From: an uncultured Clostridia bacterium
Lineage (GTDB): Bacteria > Bacillota > Clostridia > TANB77 > CAG-508
Reading direction: 5' to 3'
Length of the DNA: 32,000 nucleotides
Assembly: GCA_944388625.1 (NCBI GenBank)
Contig: CALXJM010000004.1
Coordinates: forward strand, 1 to 32,000
Below are positions 1 to 8,879 of this stretch, piece by piece (the first letter of the stretch is position 1; the number at the start of each line of letters is the position of its first letter). The position numbers and the translations under genes were made by a program. The notes under the pieces were generated by a model. The model was not told the DNA's origin and ran no database searches. It worked only from the letters and a program-made list of their open reading frames with translations.

Positions 1-822
1 GCAGCACAATCTATTGGGGAACCAGGAACACAGCTAACAATGAGAACATTCCATACAGGGGGTGTAGCAGGAGGAGACATTACACAAGGTCTTCCTAGAG
101 TTGAAGAACTATTTGAAGCTAGAAAACCAAAAGGACTAGCAATAATCTCAGAAATAGATGGTAAAGTATCTATAAAAGATGAAAATAAAAGAAAAGAAGT
201 AACAATCACAGGAAAAAATGAAGCAAAAACATATTTAATTAGCTTTGGGGCAAAACTACGTGTAAAAGACGGAGACGAAATAGAAGCAGGAGAGCCACTT
301 ATTGAAGGTTCAATAAATCCAAATGATATTTTAGCAATAAAAGGGCCTGAAGGAGTATATAAATACTTAACAACAGAAGTGCAAAAAGTATATAGAAATC
401 AAGGTGTTGACATCAATGACAAACACATTGAAGTAATAGGTAGACAAATGCTTAAAAAAGTAAGAGTAGAAGAAGCAGGAGACACAGGACTAATAACAGG
501 AAACCTAGTAGACCTATATGAATTTGAAGAAGCAAACAGAAAAGCACTAGAAGAAGGCAAGAAAGAAGCAGTAGGAAAAAGAGTATTGCTAGGAATTACA
601 AAAGCATCTTTAGCAACAGAAAGCTTCCTATCAGCAGCATCATTCCAAGAAACAACAAGAGTATTAACAGAAGCAGCAATAAAAGGAAAAACAGACCATT
701 TATTAGGACTAAAAGAAAATGTAATAATAGGAAAATTAATTCCAGCAGGAACAGGTATGAATGTATACAAAAAAATTCATATAAATACTGAAGAATCAGA
801 AACAGAAGAAACAAATGTATAG
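1..822 (+). CDS. rpoC: DNA-directed RNA polymerase subunit beta-prime, C-terminal fragment (5' end lies outside the window)
   Basis: Frame 1 is open from nt 1. The translation [45 protein letters not shown] ... [45 protein letters not shown] matches conserved beta-prime C-terminal motifs. TAG stop at 820-822. Confidence 0.95.
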   Translation, partial: AAQSIGEPGTQLTMRTFHTGGVAGGDITQGLPRVEELFEARKPKGLAIISEIDGKVSIKDENKRKEVTITGKNEAKTYLISFGAKLRVKDGDEIEAGEPLIEGSINPNDILAIKGPEGVYKYLTTEVQKVYRNQGVDINDKHIEVIGRQMLKKVRVEEAGDTGLITGNLVDLYEFEEANRKALEEGKKEAVGKRVLLGITKASLATESFLSAASFQETTRVLTEAAIKGKTDHLLGLKENVIIGKLIPAGTGMNVYKKIHINTEESETEETNV

Positions 823-829
823 ATAAAGT

Positions 830-862
830 AAAGGCAGATTTTAATCTGCCTTTATTTTTTTT
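830..862 (+). terminator. Rho-independent terminator after rpoC
   Basis: 10-bp stem aaaggcagat/atctgccttt (830-839 and 844-853) with a 4-nt loop, followed by a T8 run at 855-862. Confidence 0.8.
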
Positions 863-946
863 ATCTTGTAAAACAAAAATATATGAATTTACTTTAATAA
901 AAATCAATTATTTAATAAAAAATCTATTATAAAAACTTAGAAAATA

Positions 947-976
947 TTGCAAAAAATATAAAACATATGATAATAT
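947..976 (+). promoter_or_regulatory. Candidate sigma-A promoter for the 1082/1592 operon
   Basis: TTGCAA at 947-952, then about 18 nt, then TGaTAATAT (extended -10) at 968-976. Called by eye only. Confidence 0.35.
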
Positions 977-1081
977 AATGAAAACAATAGTATAAAATAA
1001 TCTATTTGCAAACTTAACAAATCAAACTTAATCAACACTCATGCGAAAGACTAATTTTATGCAAATAAAAGGAGGAAACCA

Positions 1082-1576
1082 ATGAAAGAAAAGATTAAAA
1101 CAATTATTATTATTTTATTAGCAATTGCTGTAATAGTACTTACAGTACTATTTGTACAGGAAAAAATGAAAGAACCAGAACAAGCAGAAGTAGACATGGA
1201 CAAACTATTGCAAGAAGCCATTAGAGAAGTAGAACAAGGAAAACAAAACAATGTAGAACTACAAGAAGACTTTACAAGAAAAAACATTAGCGAAAAATTA
1301 AAAGAACCAAGAATGCTAGGAGACTTAGAAATAAACAATATTCAACTAGAAGCAAAAGACAATATAACAGTTATAACAGCAGATGTAACAAATAGGGGAG
1401 AAACAGTTGATGGAGACTATGAAATAGAAATAAAATTTGTAGACGAAGACGGAAACACAATTATAGAAATTTTATCTTATATAAATGAAGTACAACCAGG
1501 AGAAACAATATCTTTAAGCACATCAACACAAAGAGATTTTGCAAATGCCTATGACATGGAAATTGTAAAAAAATAA
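1082..1576 (+). CDS. Small N-terminally membrane-anchored protein with a C-terminal beta-sandwich-like domain; function unknown
   Basis: SD aaaggagg at 1068-1075, 6 nt before the ATG. One N-terminal TM helix (IIIILLAIAVIVLTVLFV). Stops 15 nt before the giant gene, so co-transcription is likely. Any resemblance to FxLYD-type domains rests on my memory only. Confidence 0.75.
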   Translation: MKEKIKTIIIILLAIAVIVLTVLFVQEKMKEPEQAEVDMDKLLQEAIREVEQGKQNNVELQEDFTRKNISEKLKEPRMLGDLEINNIQLEAKDNITVITADVTNRGETVDGDYEIEIKFVDEDGNTIIEILSYINEVQPGETISLSTSTQRDFANAYDMEIVKK

Positions 1577-1591
1577 AACAGGGGGACAGCC

Positions 1592-4500
1592 ATGAAAGAA
1601 AAGGGAATTACATTAGTAGCATTAGTTATAACAATTATTGTGCTACTAATTTTGGCAGGAATTACACTAGCAACATTAAATAGAGCTGGACTAATAGGAA
1701 AAACAAACGAAGCAAAAATACAAGCAGGTTTAAGAGCGGTTTACAATGGAGTAGAAGCCTATAAACTAACATTAGAACCAAGTGAAAATAGTGTAGTAAC
1801 AGTAAAAGACTTAGAAAATGAAAATCTCGTAACAAAAGTAACAGTAGCAGACACAAATAGAACTATAGGAATAATAAATAATTTAGAAACATTAGGAATT
1901 AAATCTGAACTAGGCGCAGGAGGAGAACAAGAAACAAGAACAGAAATAGACACAATTTTAAGCTTAAGTGATGCCTATGTAATAGACTATGAAGATGAAA
2001 CACTCTACTATATTGATGAAGGAATATGGAGTATTGAAGGAAGTACACATATTAGCGAAGTTTTACCAGAAAAAAGAATATTTACTATTGCATATGATGC
2101 AAATGGTGGAACTGATGCCCCAGCTAACCAAACAAAAACTGAAGGAGAAGACATTAGGCTTAGTACAAAAACTCCAACTAGAAGCGGTTACACATTTTCT
2201 GGCTGGAGCACCACTGAAGATGGAGTAGTACAATACAACCCAGGACAAATTTATAATAGAGATGAAAACTTAAACCTATTTGCCGTATGGTCAGCAAAAA
2301 CAAATATTGAATACAAAATAGAACACTATAAGCAAAACACACAGAAAAATGGATATGATTTAATAGAAACAGAAACAAGAAAAGGTTCAACAGGAGCACT
2401 AGTAACAGCTATTGCAAAAACATATTCAGGATTTACATATGTATCAAACATATCTACACCAGAAGGAAATATTAAAGAAGATGGAAGTTTGGTACTAAAA
2501 CTATATTACAATAGAAATAGCTATACAATTACATATGTTTTAGATGGTGGAACAAATAATAGTTCAAACCCAACAAGCTATGTATATGGAATAGGTGTAA
2601 CATTTGCAGAACCTACTAAAACAGGTTTTGAATTTGAAGGTTGGTATAAAGAACAAAGCTATACAAACAGAATAACATCAATAGGAACATCAGATGTAGG
2701 AAATATAACAATATATGCAAAATGGGTAATGCTAGAATCACCAGAACTAACATTAACATATGTAGAAGAAAATGGAGCAATAAAAGCAGTAGCAACAGAC
2801 AAAACAGGAACAGGAATAAACTATATAGAAAACCCAGATGGAACAAGAACCCCAGGAGATACATCAATTTACAATGTGACAAAAAATGGAACATACACAT
2901 TCAAAGCAGTAGATAACATGGGGCAAGAAACAACTCAAAGTATAGAAATAACAGAAATACAAGGATTTATAACAGAATGGAACATACCAGCAGACAACAC
3001 ACAAATAAAATTACCAATTATTAGTACAACAAACTTAAATGCAAATGTAGACTGGGGAGATGGAACAACTGAAGAAATAACAGGAACATTCCCAACACAC
3101 ACATATGCAAAAGCAGGCACATATGATATAAACATAACAGGAACAGTAGATAGATTTGGATATAATAGCTCTACAACCCCAACCGAAAGTAATAATTATA
3201 GTAATTACTACACATTTACACAATATGTAACAAAAGTAAAAGACTGGGGAAATATAGGAGCAACACAATTTGGATTTAGTCAATGCAAAAAATTGACTAG
3301 TATAGCAAGCCCAAGGGCAGAAAGCTTTAGAAATGTAACATCTTTTGCTAGTACATTTGAGGACTGTAGAGGACTAACCGGCTCGATTCCAGCCGAGTTG
3401 TTTGCGAACTGCCCAAATGTAACATCTTTTAAATATACTTTTGCAAACTGTAGTGGCCTAACAGGAGAAATTCCAGGTGACTTATTTGCAAGCAATCCAA
3501 ATGTAACTACTTTTGAAAGCACATTTTATGGATGCAGTGGACTAACAGGAGAAATTCCAGCTGAACTATTTGCAAACAACTCAAATGTAACTTCTTTTAG
3601 TAGTACATTTTCTAGCTGTAGTGGCCTAACCGGCACAATCCCAGGCGAGTTATTTGCAAACAACCCAAATGTAACTTCTTTTAGCTATACATTTCTTAAC
3701 TGTAGCGGCCTAACCGGAGCTATTCCAGGCGAGTTATTTGTGAACAGCCCAAATGTAACTTCTTTTGGTAGTACATTTTCTAGCTGTAGTGGCCTAACCG
3801 GCACAATCCCAGGCGAGTTATTTGCGAACTGCCCAAATGTAACGAATTTTAGCCATACATTTTCTAGCTGTAGCGGCCTAACTGGCTCTATTCCAGCTGA
3901 TTTATTTGTGAACTGCCCAAATGTAACGAATTTTAGCTATACATTTCTATACTGTAGCGGCCTAACTGGCTCTATTCCAGCTGATTTATTTGTGAACTGC
4001 CCAAATGTAACGAATTTTAGCTATACATTTCTATACTGTAGCGGCCTAACCGGCACAATCCCAGGCGAGTTATTTGCGAACAGCCCAAATGTAACTTCTT
4101 TTGTTAGTACATTTTCTTATTGTAGCGGCCTAACCGGCACAATCCCAGACAAGTTGTTCGCGAACAGCCCAAATGTAACGGATTTTGGTAGTACATTTTC
4201 TAGCTGTAGCGGACTAACTGGTTCTATTCCAGCTGAACTATTTGCAAACTGTCCTAATGTAACAGATTTTGATAGAACATTTGAATACTGTAGCAAATTA
4301 ACAAGTGCTAACATTGATATTGGATTTATAGGAAATTATATGTTTTATGGCTGTAATAGCTTAACCAATATAACAATATCAGACAAAGTAACTAGTATAG
4401 GAACAGACGCATTCTACTATAGTAGTTCTGGCACATTGGATACATATTTAATAACCAATAATGATGTTGCTAAAAACTATGATTGGACAGGTGATAAGAG

Positions 4501-7500
4501 AAACCTAGTTTCACCTGTACCAGAACTAACATTAACATACATAGCAGAAAATGGAGCAATAAAAGCAGTAGCAACAGATAAATCAGGAACAGGAATAAAC
4601 TATATAGAAAACCCAGATGGAACAAGAACCCCAGGAGACACATCAATATACAATGTACTAAAAAATGGAACATACACATTCAAAGCAGTAGATAACATGG
4701 GGCAAGAAACAACTCAAAGTATAGAAATAACAGAAATACAAGGACTAATAACAGAATGGAACATACCAGCAGACAATACACAAATAAAATTACCAATTAG
4801 TAGTACAACAAACTTAAATGCAAATGTAGACTGGGGAGATGGAACAAGTGAAGAAATAACAGGAACATTCCCAACACATACATATGCAAAAGCAGGCACA
4901 TATGATATAAGCATAACAGGAACAGTAGATAGATTTGGATATAATGAGTATTCTGAACTAACAGCAAGTGATAATTACTATACATTTACACAATATGTAA
5001 CAAAAGTAAAAGACTGGGGAAATATAGGAGCAACACAATTCGGGTTTAGCAGGTGTACAAATTTAATTAGTATAGTAAGCCCAAGGGTAGAAAGCTTTAG
5101 AAATGTAACATCTTTTGAATATACTTTTGCAAACTGTAGCGGACTAACAAGTATTCCAGCAAACTTATTTGCAAACAGCCCAAATGTAACTACTTTTAGA
5201 AGCACATTTAATAGATGTAGCGGCCTAACAGGAAATATTCCAGCAGACTTATTTGCAAATAATCCAAATGTAACTACTTTTCGTGGAACATTTTATGGCT
5301 GTAGCGGACTAACTGGAAGCATTCCAGCCGAACTGTTTGCAAATAATCCAAATGTAACAGATTTTTATACAACATTTTATGAATGTAGCGGACTAACGGG
5401 AGCTATTCCAGCCGAACTATTTGCAAATAACCCAAGTGTGACAACTTTTAATGGAACACTTTGGAATTGTAGCGGACTAACTGGAAGCATTCCAGCCGAA
5501 CTATTTGCAAAGAATCCAAATGTAACAGATTTTGGGTATACATTTTATAACTGTAGCGGACTAACAGGAAGTATCCCAGCAGACTTATTTGCAAATAATC
5601 CAAATGTAACAACTTTTTCATATACATTTCCATCCTGTAGCGGACTAACAGGAAGTATCCCAGCAGACTTATTTGCAAATAATCCAAATGTAACAACTTT
5701 TTCATATACATTTCAATCCTGTAGCGGACTAACAGGAAGTATTCCGGCCAAACTATTTGCAAACAATCCAAATGTAACTAATTTTAGTCATACATTTTGG
5801 AATTGTAGTGGCATAACAGGAGCTATTCCAGGAGACTTATTTGCAAATAATCCAAATGTAACTACTTTTTATGCAACATTTTATGAATGTAGCGGCCTAA
5901 CAGGAAATATCCCGGCAGAGTTATTTGCAAAGAATCCAAATGTAACAGATTTTGGGTATACATTTTCTTGGTGTGGTGGATTAACAGGAGAAATTTCAGC
6001 AAACTTATTTGCGAACAGCCCAAATGTAACTACTTTTTATGCAACATTTAATTCTTGTCATGGATTAACAGGAGAAATTCCAGCAAACTTATTTGCAAAT
6101 AACCCAAATGTAACAGATTTTAGTCATACATTTAATAATTGTGATAAACTAGAAGGAAGTATTCCAGCCGAACTATTTGCAAATAACCCAAATGTAACTA
6201 CTTTTGAAAGCACATTTTTGGACTGCCATCAATTAATGGGAAACATTCCAGCCGAACTATTTGCAAACTGCCCAAATGTAACTAATTTTACTAAAACATT
6301 TATAAACTGTAACAGATTAACAAGTGCAAATATTGATATTAACTTTATAGGAGATGAAATGTTTGATGGTTGCAATAGCTTAACAAATATAGCAATATCA
6401 GATAAAGTAACTAGTATAGGAACACAAGCATTCCGATATACTGGCACTGGCACATTAGGCACATATTTAACAACAAGCAATGAAGTGGCTCAAAATTATG
6501 ATTGGGCAGGAGATAGAAGAAACTTATTATCAACTGCACCAGAGCTAACACTAACTTATGTAGCAGAAGATGGAGCAATAAAAGCAGTAGCAACAGATAA
6601 ATCAGGAACAGGAATAAACTATATAGAAAACCCAGATGGAACAAGAACCCCAGGAGACACATCAATATACAATGTGTTAAAAAATGGAACATACACATTC
6701 AAAGCAGTAGACAATATGGGACAAGAAACAACTCAAAGTATAGAAATAACAGAAATACAAGGACTAATAACAGAATGGAACATACCAGCAGACAACACAC
6801 AAATAAAATTACCAATTAGTAGTACAACAAACTTAAATGCGAATGTAGACTGGGGAGATGGAACAAGTGAAGAAATAACAGGAACATTCCCAACACACAC
6901 ATATGCAAAAGCAGGCACATATGATATAAGCATAACAGGAACAGTAGGTAAATTTGGATATAATAGCAGTGCATCTCTATCAGAAACTAGTGATTACTAT
7001 ACATTTACCCAATATGTAACAAAAGTAAAAGATTGGGGTAATATAGGAGCAGTACAAATTGGATTTGCACATTGTATAAATTTAACAAGCATAGTAAGCC
7101 CAAGAGAAGAAAGCTTTAGAAGTGTAACAAGTTTTGAATATGCATTTAGGGACTGTAGCGGACTAACTGGCACAATTCCATCAGACTTATTTGCAAACAG
7201 CCCAAATGTAACAAGTTTTTATCAAACATTTGCTTACTGTAGTGGACTAACCGGAGCAATCCCAGCTGAACTATTTGCGAACTGCCCAAATGTAACAAAC
7301 TTCGGCTTGGTATTTATTTTCTGTAATAGTTTAACAGGAAGTATTCCAGCAGATTTATTTGCAAACTGCCCTAATGTAACATCTTTTAATAGAACATTTA
7401 CTGAATGTAGTGGATTAACAGGAAGTATTCCAGCTGAACTATTTGCAAACTGTCCTGATGTAACTACTTTCGAATTGATATTTTCTTACTGCAGAGGCTT

Positions 7501-8287
7501 AACTGGATCCATTCCAGCCGGATTATTTGCAAACTCTCCACAAGCAACTACTTTCAATCAAGCATTTTCATACTGTAGTGGATTAACCGGAAATATTCCA
7601 GCAGATTTATTTGCAAATTGCACCAAGGCAGTATCTTTCAGATATGCATTTGATGGTTGTAGTGGACTAACAGGAAATATTCCAGGAGAATTATTTGCAG
7701 ATTGCTATAGTGCAGAATCTTTTGAAAGGACATTTGATGGCTGTAGTGGATTAACAGGAAATATTCCAGCAGATTTATTTGCAAACTGCCCTAAAGCAAC
7801 TACTTTTGAATATACATTTAGGGACTGTAGTGGACTAACCGGCTCCATTCCAGCAGATTTATTTGCAAATTGCCCTAATGTAACTACTTTTGAATATACA
7901 TTTAATGAATGTAGTGGATTAATGGGAACAATTCCAGCTAACTTATTTGCAAACTGTTCTAATGTAACATCTTTTTCAGGTACATTTTCTAGTTGTAGAG
8001 GACTAACGGGAACAATTCCAAGCGGTTTATTTGCAAACTGCCCAAATGTAACAGATTTTTCAAATGTATTTGGTAGTTGTAGTGGACTAACAGGAAACAT
8101 TCCATCCAATTTATTTGCAAATAATCTAAAGGTAACAGATTTTATGAACACATTCTTTTACTGTGGCAATTTAACAGGAAATGCACCAGAACTATGGAAC
8201 AGAACAAATGTCACATCACACGATAATTGCTTCTCAGGTTGTACGAGACTAAGCAATTATTCATCTATACCAAGCGATTGGAAATAG
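1592..8287 (+). CDS. Giant (2,231 aa) surface repeat protein: a prepilin-like N-terminal segment, two Listeria-Bacteroides (Flg_new) repeats, then three [Ig-like + PKD-like + BspA/LRR-like 28-aa repeat array] modules
   Basis: Uninterrupted 6.7-kb ORF with SD gggggaca upstream. The N-terminus MKEKGITLVALVITIIVLLILAGITLATL resembles a class-III (prepilin) signal, but position +5 is Ala rather than Glu. FTIAYDANGG...GYTFSGW...LFAVWS (about 2081-2295) and YTITYVLDGG...GFEFEGWY...IYAKW (about 2522-2726) are Flg_new-type repeats. VDWGDGT...THTYAKAGTYDI.ITG is a PKD-like signature. About 40 copies of F..CSGLTG.IP..LFAN.PNVT.F..TF follow. Modules 1 and 2 end in classical LRR_5-like caps (F.GCNSLTNI.ISDKVTSIG..AF). 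Confidence 0.9.
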   Translation: MKEKGITLVALVITIIVLLILAGITLATLNRAGLIGKTNEAKIQAGLRAVYNGVEAYKLTLEPSENSVVTVKDLENENLVTKVTVADTNRTIGIINNLETLGIKSELGAGGEQETRTEIDTILSLSDAYVIDYEDETLYYIDEGIWSIEGSTHISEVLPEKRIFTIAYDANGGTDAPANQTKTEGEDIRLSTKTPTRSGYTFSGWSTTEDGVVQYNPGQIYNRDENLNLFAVWSAKTNIEYKIEHYKQNTQKNGYDLIETETRKGSTGALVTAIAKTYSGFTYVSNISTPEGNIKEDGSLVLKLYYNRNSYTITYVLDGGTNNSSNPTSYVYGIGVTFAEPTKTGFEFEGWYKEQSYTNRITSIGTSDVGNITIYAKWVMLESPELTLTYVEENGAIKAVATDKTGTGINYIENPDGTRTPGDTSIYNVTKNGTYTFKAVDNMGQETTQSIEITEIQGFITEWNIPADNTQIKLPIISTTNLNANVDWGDGTTEEITGTFPTHTYAKAGTYDINITGTVDRFGYNSSTTPTESNNYSNYYTFTQYVTKVKDWGNIGATQFGFSQCKKLTSIASPRAESFRNVTSFASTFEDCRGLTGSIPAELFANCPNVTSFKYTFANCSGLTGEIPGDLFASNPNVTTFESTFYGCSGLTGEIPAELFANNSNVTSFSSTFSSCSGLTGTIPGELFANNPNVTSFSYTFLNCSGLTGAIPGELFVNSPNVTSFGSTFSSCSGLTGTIPGELFANCPNVTNFSHTFSSCSGLTGSIPADLFVNCPNVTNFSYTFLYCSGLTGSIPADLFVNCPNVTNFSYTFLYCSGLTGTIPGELFANSPNVTSFVSTFSYCSGLTGTIPDKLFANSPNVTDFGSTFSSCSGLTGSIPAELFANCPNVTDFDRTFEYCSKLTSANIDIGFIGNYMFYGCNSLTNITISDKVTSIGTDAFYYSSSGTLDTYLITNNDVAKNYDWTGDKRNLVSPVPELTLTYIAENGAIKAVATDKSGTGINYIENPDGTRTPGDTSIYNVLKNGTYTFKAVDNMGQETTQSIEITEIQGLITEWNIPADNTQIKLPISSTTNLNANVDWGDGTSEEITGTFPTHTYAKAGTYDISITGTVDRFGYNEYSELTASDNYYTFTQYVTKVKDWGNIGATQFGFSRCTNLISIVSPRVESFRNVTSFEYTFANCSGLTSIPANLFANSPNVTTFRSTFNRCSGLTGNIPADLFANNPNVTTFRGTFYGCSGLTGSIPAELFANNPNVTDFYTTFYECSGLTGAIPAELFANNPSVTTFNGTLWNCSGLTGSIPAELFAKNPNVTDFGYTFYNCSGLTGSIPADLFANNPNVTTFSYTFPSCSGLTGSIPADLFANNPNVTTFSYTFQSCSGLTGSIPAKLFANNPNVTNFSHTFWNCSGITGAIPGDLFANNPNVTTFYATFYECSGLTGNIPAELFAKNPNVTDFGYTFSWCGGLTGEISANLFANSPNVTTFYATFNSCHGLTGEIPANLFANNPNVTDFSHTFNNCDKLEGSIPAELFANNPNVTTFESTFLDCHQLMGNIPAELFANCPNVTNFTKTFINCNRLTSANIDINFIGDEMFDGCNSLTNIAISDKVTSIGTQAFRYTGTGTLGTYLTTSNEVAQNYDWAGDRRNLLSTAPELTLTYVAEDGAIKAVATDKSGTGINYIENPDGTRTPGDTSIYNVLKNGTYTFKAVDNMGQETTQSIEITEIQGLITEWNIPADNTQIKLPISSTTNLNANVDWGDGTSEEITGTFPTHTYAKAGTYDISITGTVGKFGYNSSASLSETSDYYTFTQYVTKVKDWGNIGAVQIGFAHCINLTSIVSPREESFRSVTSFEYAFRDCSGLTGTIPSDLFANSPNVTSFYQTFAYCSGLTGAIPAELFANCPNVTNFGLVFIFCNSLTGSIPADLFANCPNVTSFNRTFTECSGLTGSIPAELFANCPDVTTFELIFSYCRGLTGSIPAGLFANSPQATTFNQAFSYCSGLTGNIPADLFANCTKAVSFRYAFDGCSGLTGNIPGELFADCYSAESFERTFDGCSGLTGNIPADLFANCPKATTFEYTFRDCSGLTGSIPADLFANCPNVTTFEYTFNECSGLMGTIPANLFANCSNVTSFSGTFSSCRGLTGTIPSGLFANCPNVTDFSNVFGSCSGLTGNIPSNLFANNLKVTDFMNTFFYCGNLTGNAPELWNRTNVTSHDNCFSGCTRLSNYSSIPSDWK
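2741..4519 (+). repeat. Mega-module 1 of the giant gene (593 aa; about 12 LRR-like units)
   Basis: Starts at ccagaactaacattaacatatgtagaagaaaatgg (PELTLTYVEENG). The first roughly 400 nt are nearly identical to 4520-4920 and 6539-6940. Confidence 0.9.
3868..4050 (+). repeat. Perfect 84-bp in-frame tandem duplication (2.2 copies) inside the module 1 array
   Basis: 3868-3966 is identical base for base to 3952-4050 (offset 84). It encodes SIPADLFVNCPNVTNFSYTFLYCSGLTG twice. Confidence 0.9.
4520..6538 (+). repeat. Mega-module 2 of the giant gene (673 aa; about 15 LRR-like units)
   Basis: Starts at PELTLTYIAENG. The head of about 136 aa differs from module 1 at about 8 residues and from module 3 at about 4 residues. 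Confidence 0.9.
5551..5742 (+). repeat. Near-perfect 84-bp in-frame tandem duplication (2.3 copies, 1 mismatch) inside the module 2 array
   Basis: 5551-5634 versus 5635-5718 differ only at ttccatc/ttcaatc (Pro/Gln). A third partial copy runs 5719-5742. Confidence 0.9.
6539..8287 (+). repeat. Mega-module 3 of the giant gene (583 aa; about 13-14 more degenerate LRR-like units, no LRR_5 cap)
   Basis: Starts at PELTLTYVAEDG and runs to the stop codon. Its units are more divergent (QATTF, KAVSF, SAESF, KATTF replace NVT.F). Confidence 0.85.
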
Positions 8288-8299
8288 GAAACTGAAACC

Positions 8300-8326
8300 G
8301 TATGGGCGAACGATGCATACCCATAC
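8300..8326. repeat. GC-rich REP-like palindrome, degenerate copy (GTATGGGCGAAC...CCCATAC)
   Basis: gtatggg (8300-8306) pairs with cccatac (8320-8326). The left half shares GGGCGAAC with the other copies. Confidence 0.6.
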
Positions 8327-8380
8327 AAAATTACAACAGAATTAATATTAGAGACAAACAATAACAGCAGAGGACCTTAA

Positions 8381-8401
8381 CGGGCGAACAATGTTCGCCC
8401 G
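8381..8401. repeat. GC-rich REP-like palindrome (perfect 10-1-10)
   Basis: cgggcgaaca-a-tgttcgcccg, read directly from the sequence. Confidence 0.85.
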
Positions 8402-8599
8402 CTCTTCGTAGAAATTGCTAAAACAAAATCGAAATAACAGCAATATGTGAAAAAACTGCGTCCTCCAAGGCGTTAAAGAAAGAGGAAAAAATAAGGAAAA
8501 TGAACACACTAAAATGCAGAAAAAGCAAAAAAATCACAAGGTCGGACTCGTTTTTCCCATAAAGACTGTTATTTCTAAAAATAAAACAGCAGAGCAACC

Positions 8600-8626
8600 G
8601 TAGGGGCGAACAATGTTCGCCCCTAC
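8600..8626. repeat. GC-rich REP-like palindrome (perfect 13-1-13, begins with GTAG)
   Basis: gtaggggcgaaca-a-tgttcgcccctac. Confidence 0.85.
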
Positions 8627-8676
8627 AGATTGAACAGAATTAATGTTAGCAACAAATAATATCAGGCAGAGCACAT

Positions 8677-8701
8677 GTAGGGGCGAACATTGTTCGCCCG
8701 C
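8677..8701. repeat. GC-rich REP-like palindrome (9-1-9 core, begins with GTAG)
   Basis: gtag-gggcgaaca-t-tgttcgccc-gc. Confidence 0.85.
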
Positions 8702-8734
8702 AATCCAAAAAATATGTAAAATTATAAAAATTGT

Positions 8735-8775
8735 AAAAAACTCTATTTTGATATAATCAGAATAGAGTTTTTTTG
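8735..8775. terminator. Bidirectional terminator-like hairpin in the non-coding gap
   Basis: aaaaaactctatt (8735-8747) pairs with aatagagtttttt (8761-8773). There is an A-run upstream and a T-run downstream. Confidence 0.55.
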
Positions 8776-8808
8776 GCAACAAATAACAAATGCATAAAAA
8801 ATCATTTT

Positions 8809-8837
8809 TTGACAAAAAACATAGAATATGATAAAAT
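8809..8837 (+). promoter_or_regulatory. Candidate sigma-A promoter of the 8880 gene
   Basis: TTGACA at 8809-8814, a 17-nt spacer, then the extended -10 TGaTAAAAT at 8829-8837. Confidence 0.55.
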
Positions 8838-8879
8838 ATATTATATAATTAAAGAGACACATACAAAGGAGGAATGTAT

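Noticed and set aside
1662-8151. About 20 minus-strand ORFs of 60-148 aa inside the giant gene (for example 2616-2900, 3280-3522, 5448-5771 and 7705-8151).
   Set aside because: They are antisense shadows of the purine-rich repeated coding strand. Their translations are Leu/Phe/Cys-rich and low in complexity, they recur because the sense repeats recur, and they have no SD sequences. The sense ORF is 6.7 kb and has clear domain signatures.
3330-8230. About 40 recurring N-V-T and N-C-S sequons in the 28-aa repeats as N-glycosylation sites (HMW1C/NGT-like).
   Set aside because: The conserved Asn in LRR-type solenoids is normally structural (the asparagine ladder). No glycosyltransferase gene lies nearby. 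This is pure speculation from a motif that has a simpler explanation.
8534-8815. A 93-aa minus-strand ORF in the non-coding gap.
   Set aside because: It runs straight through two REP-like palindromes and a terminator hairpin, has no SD, and its translation has no recognisable features.
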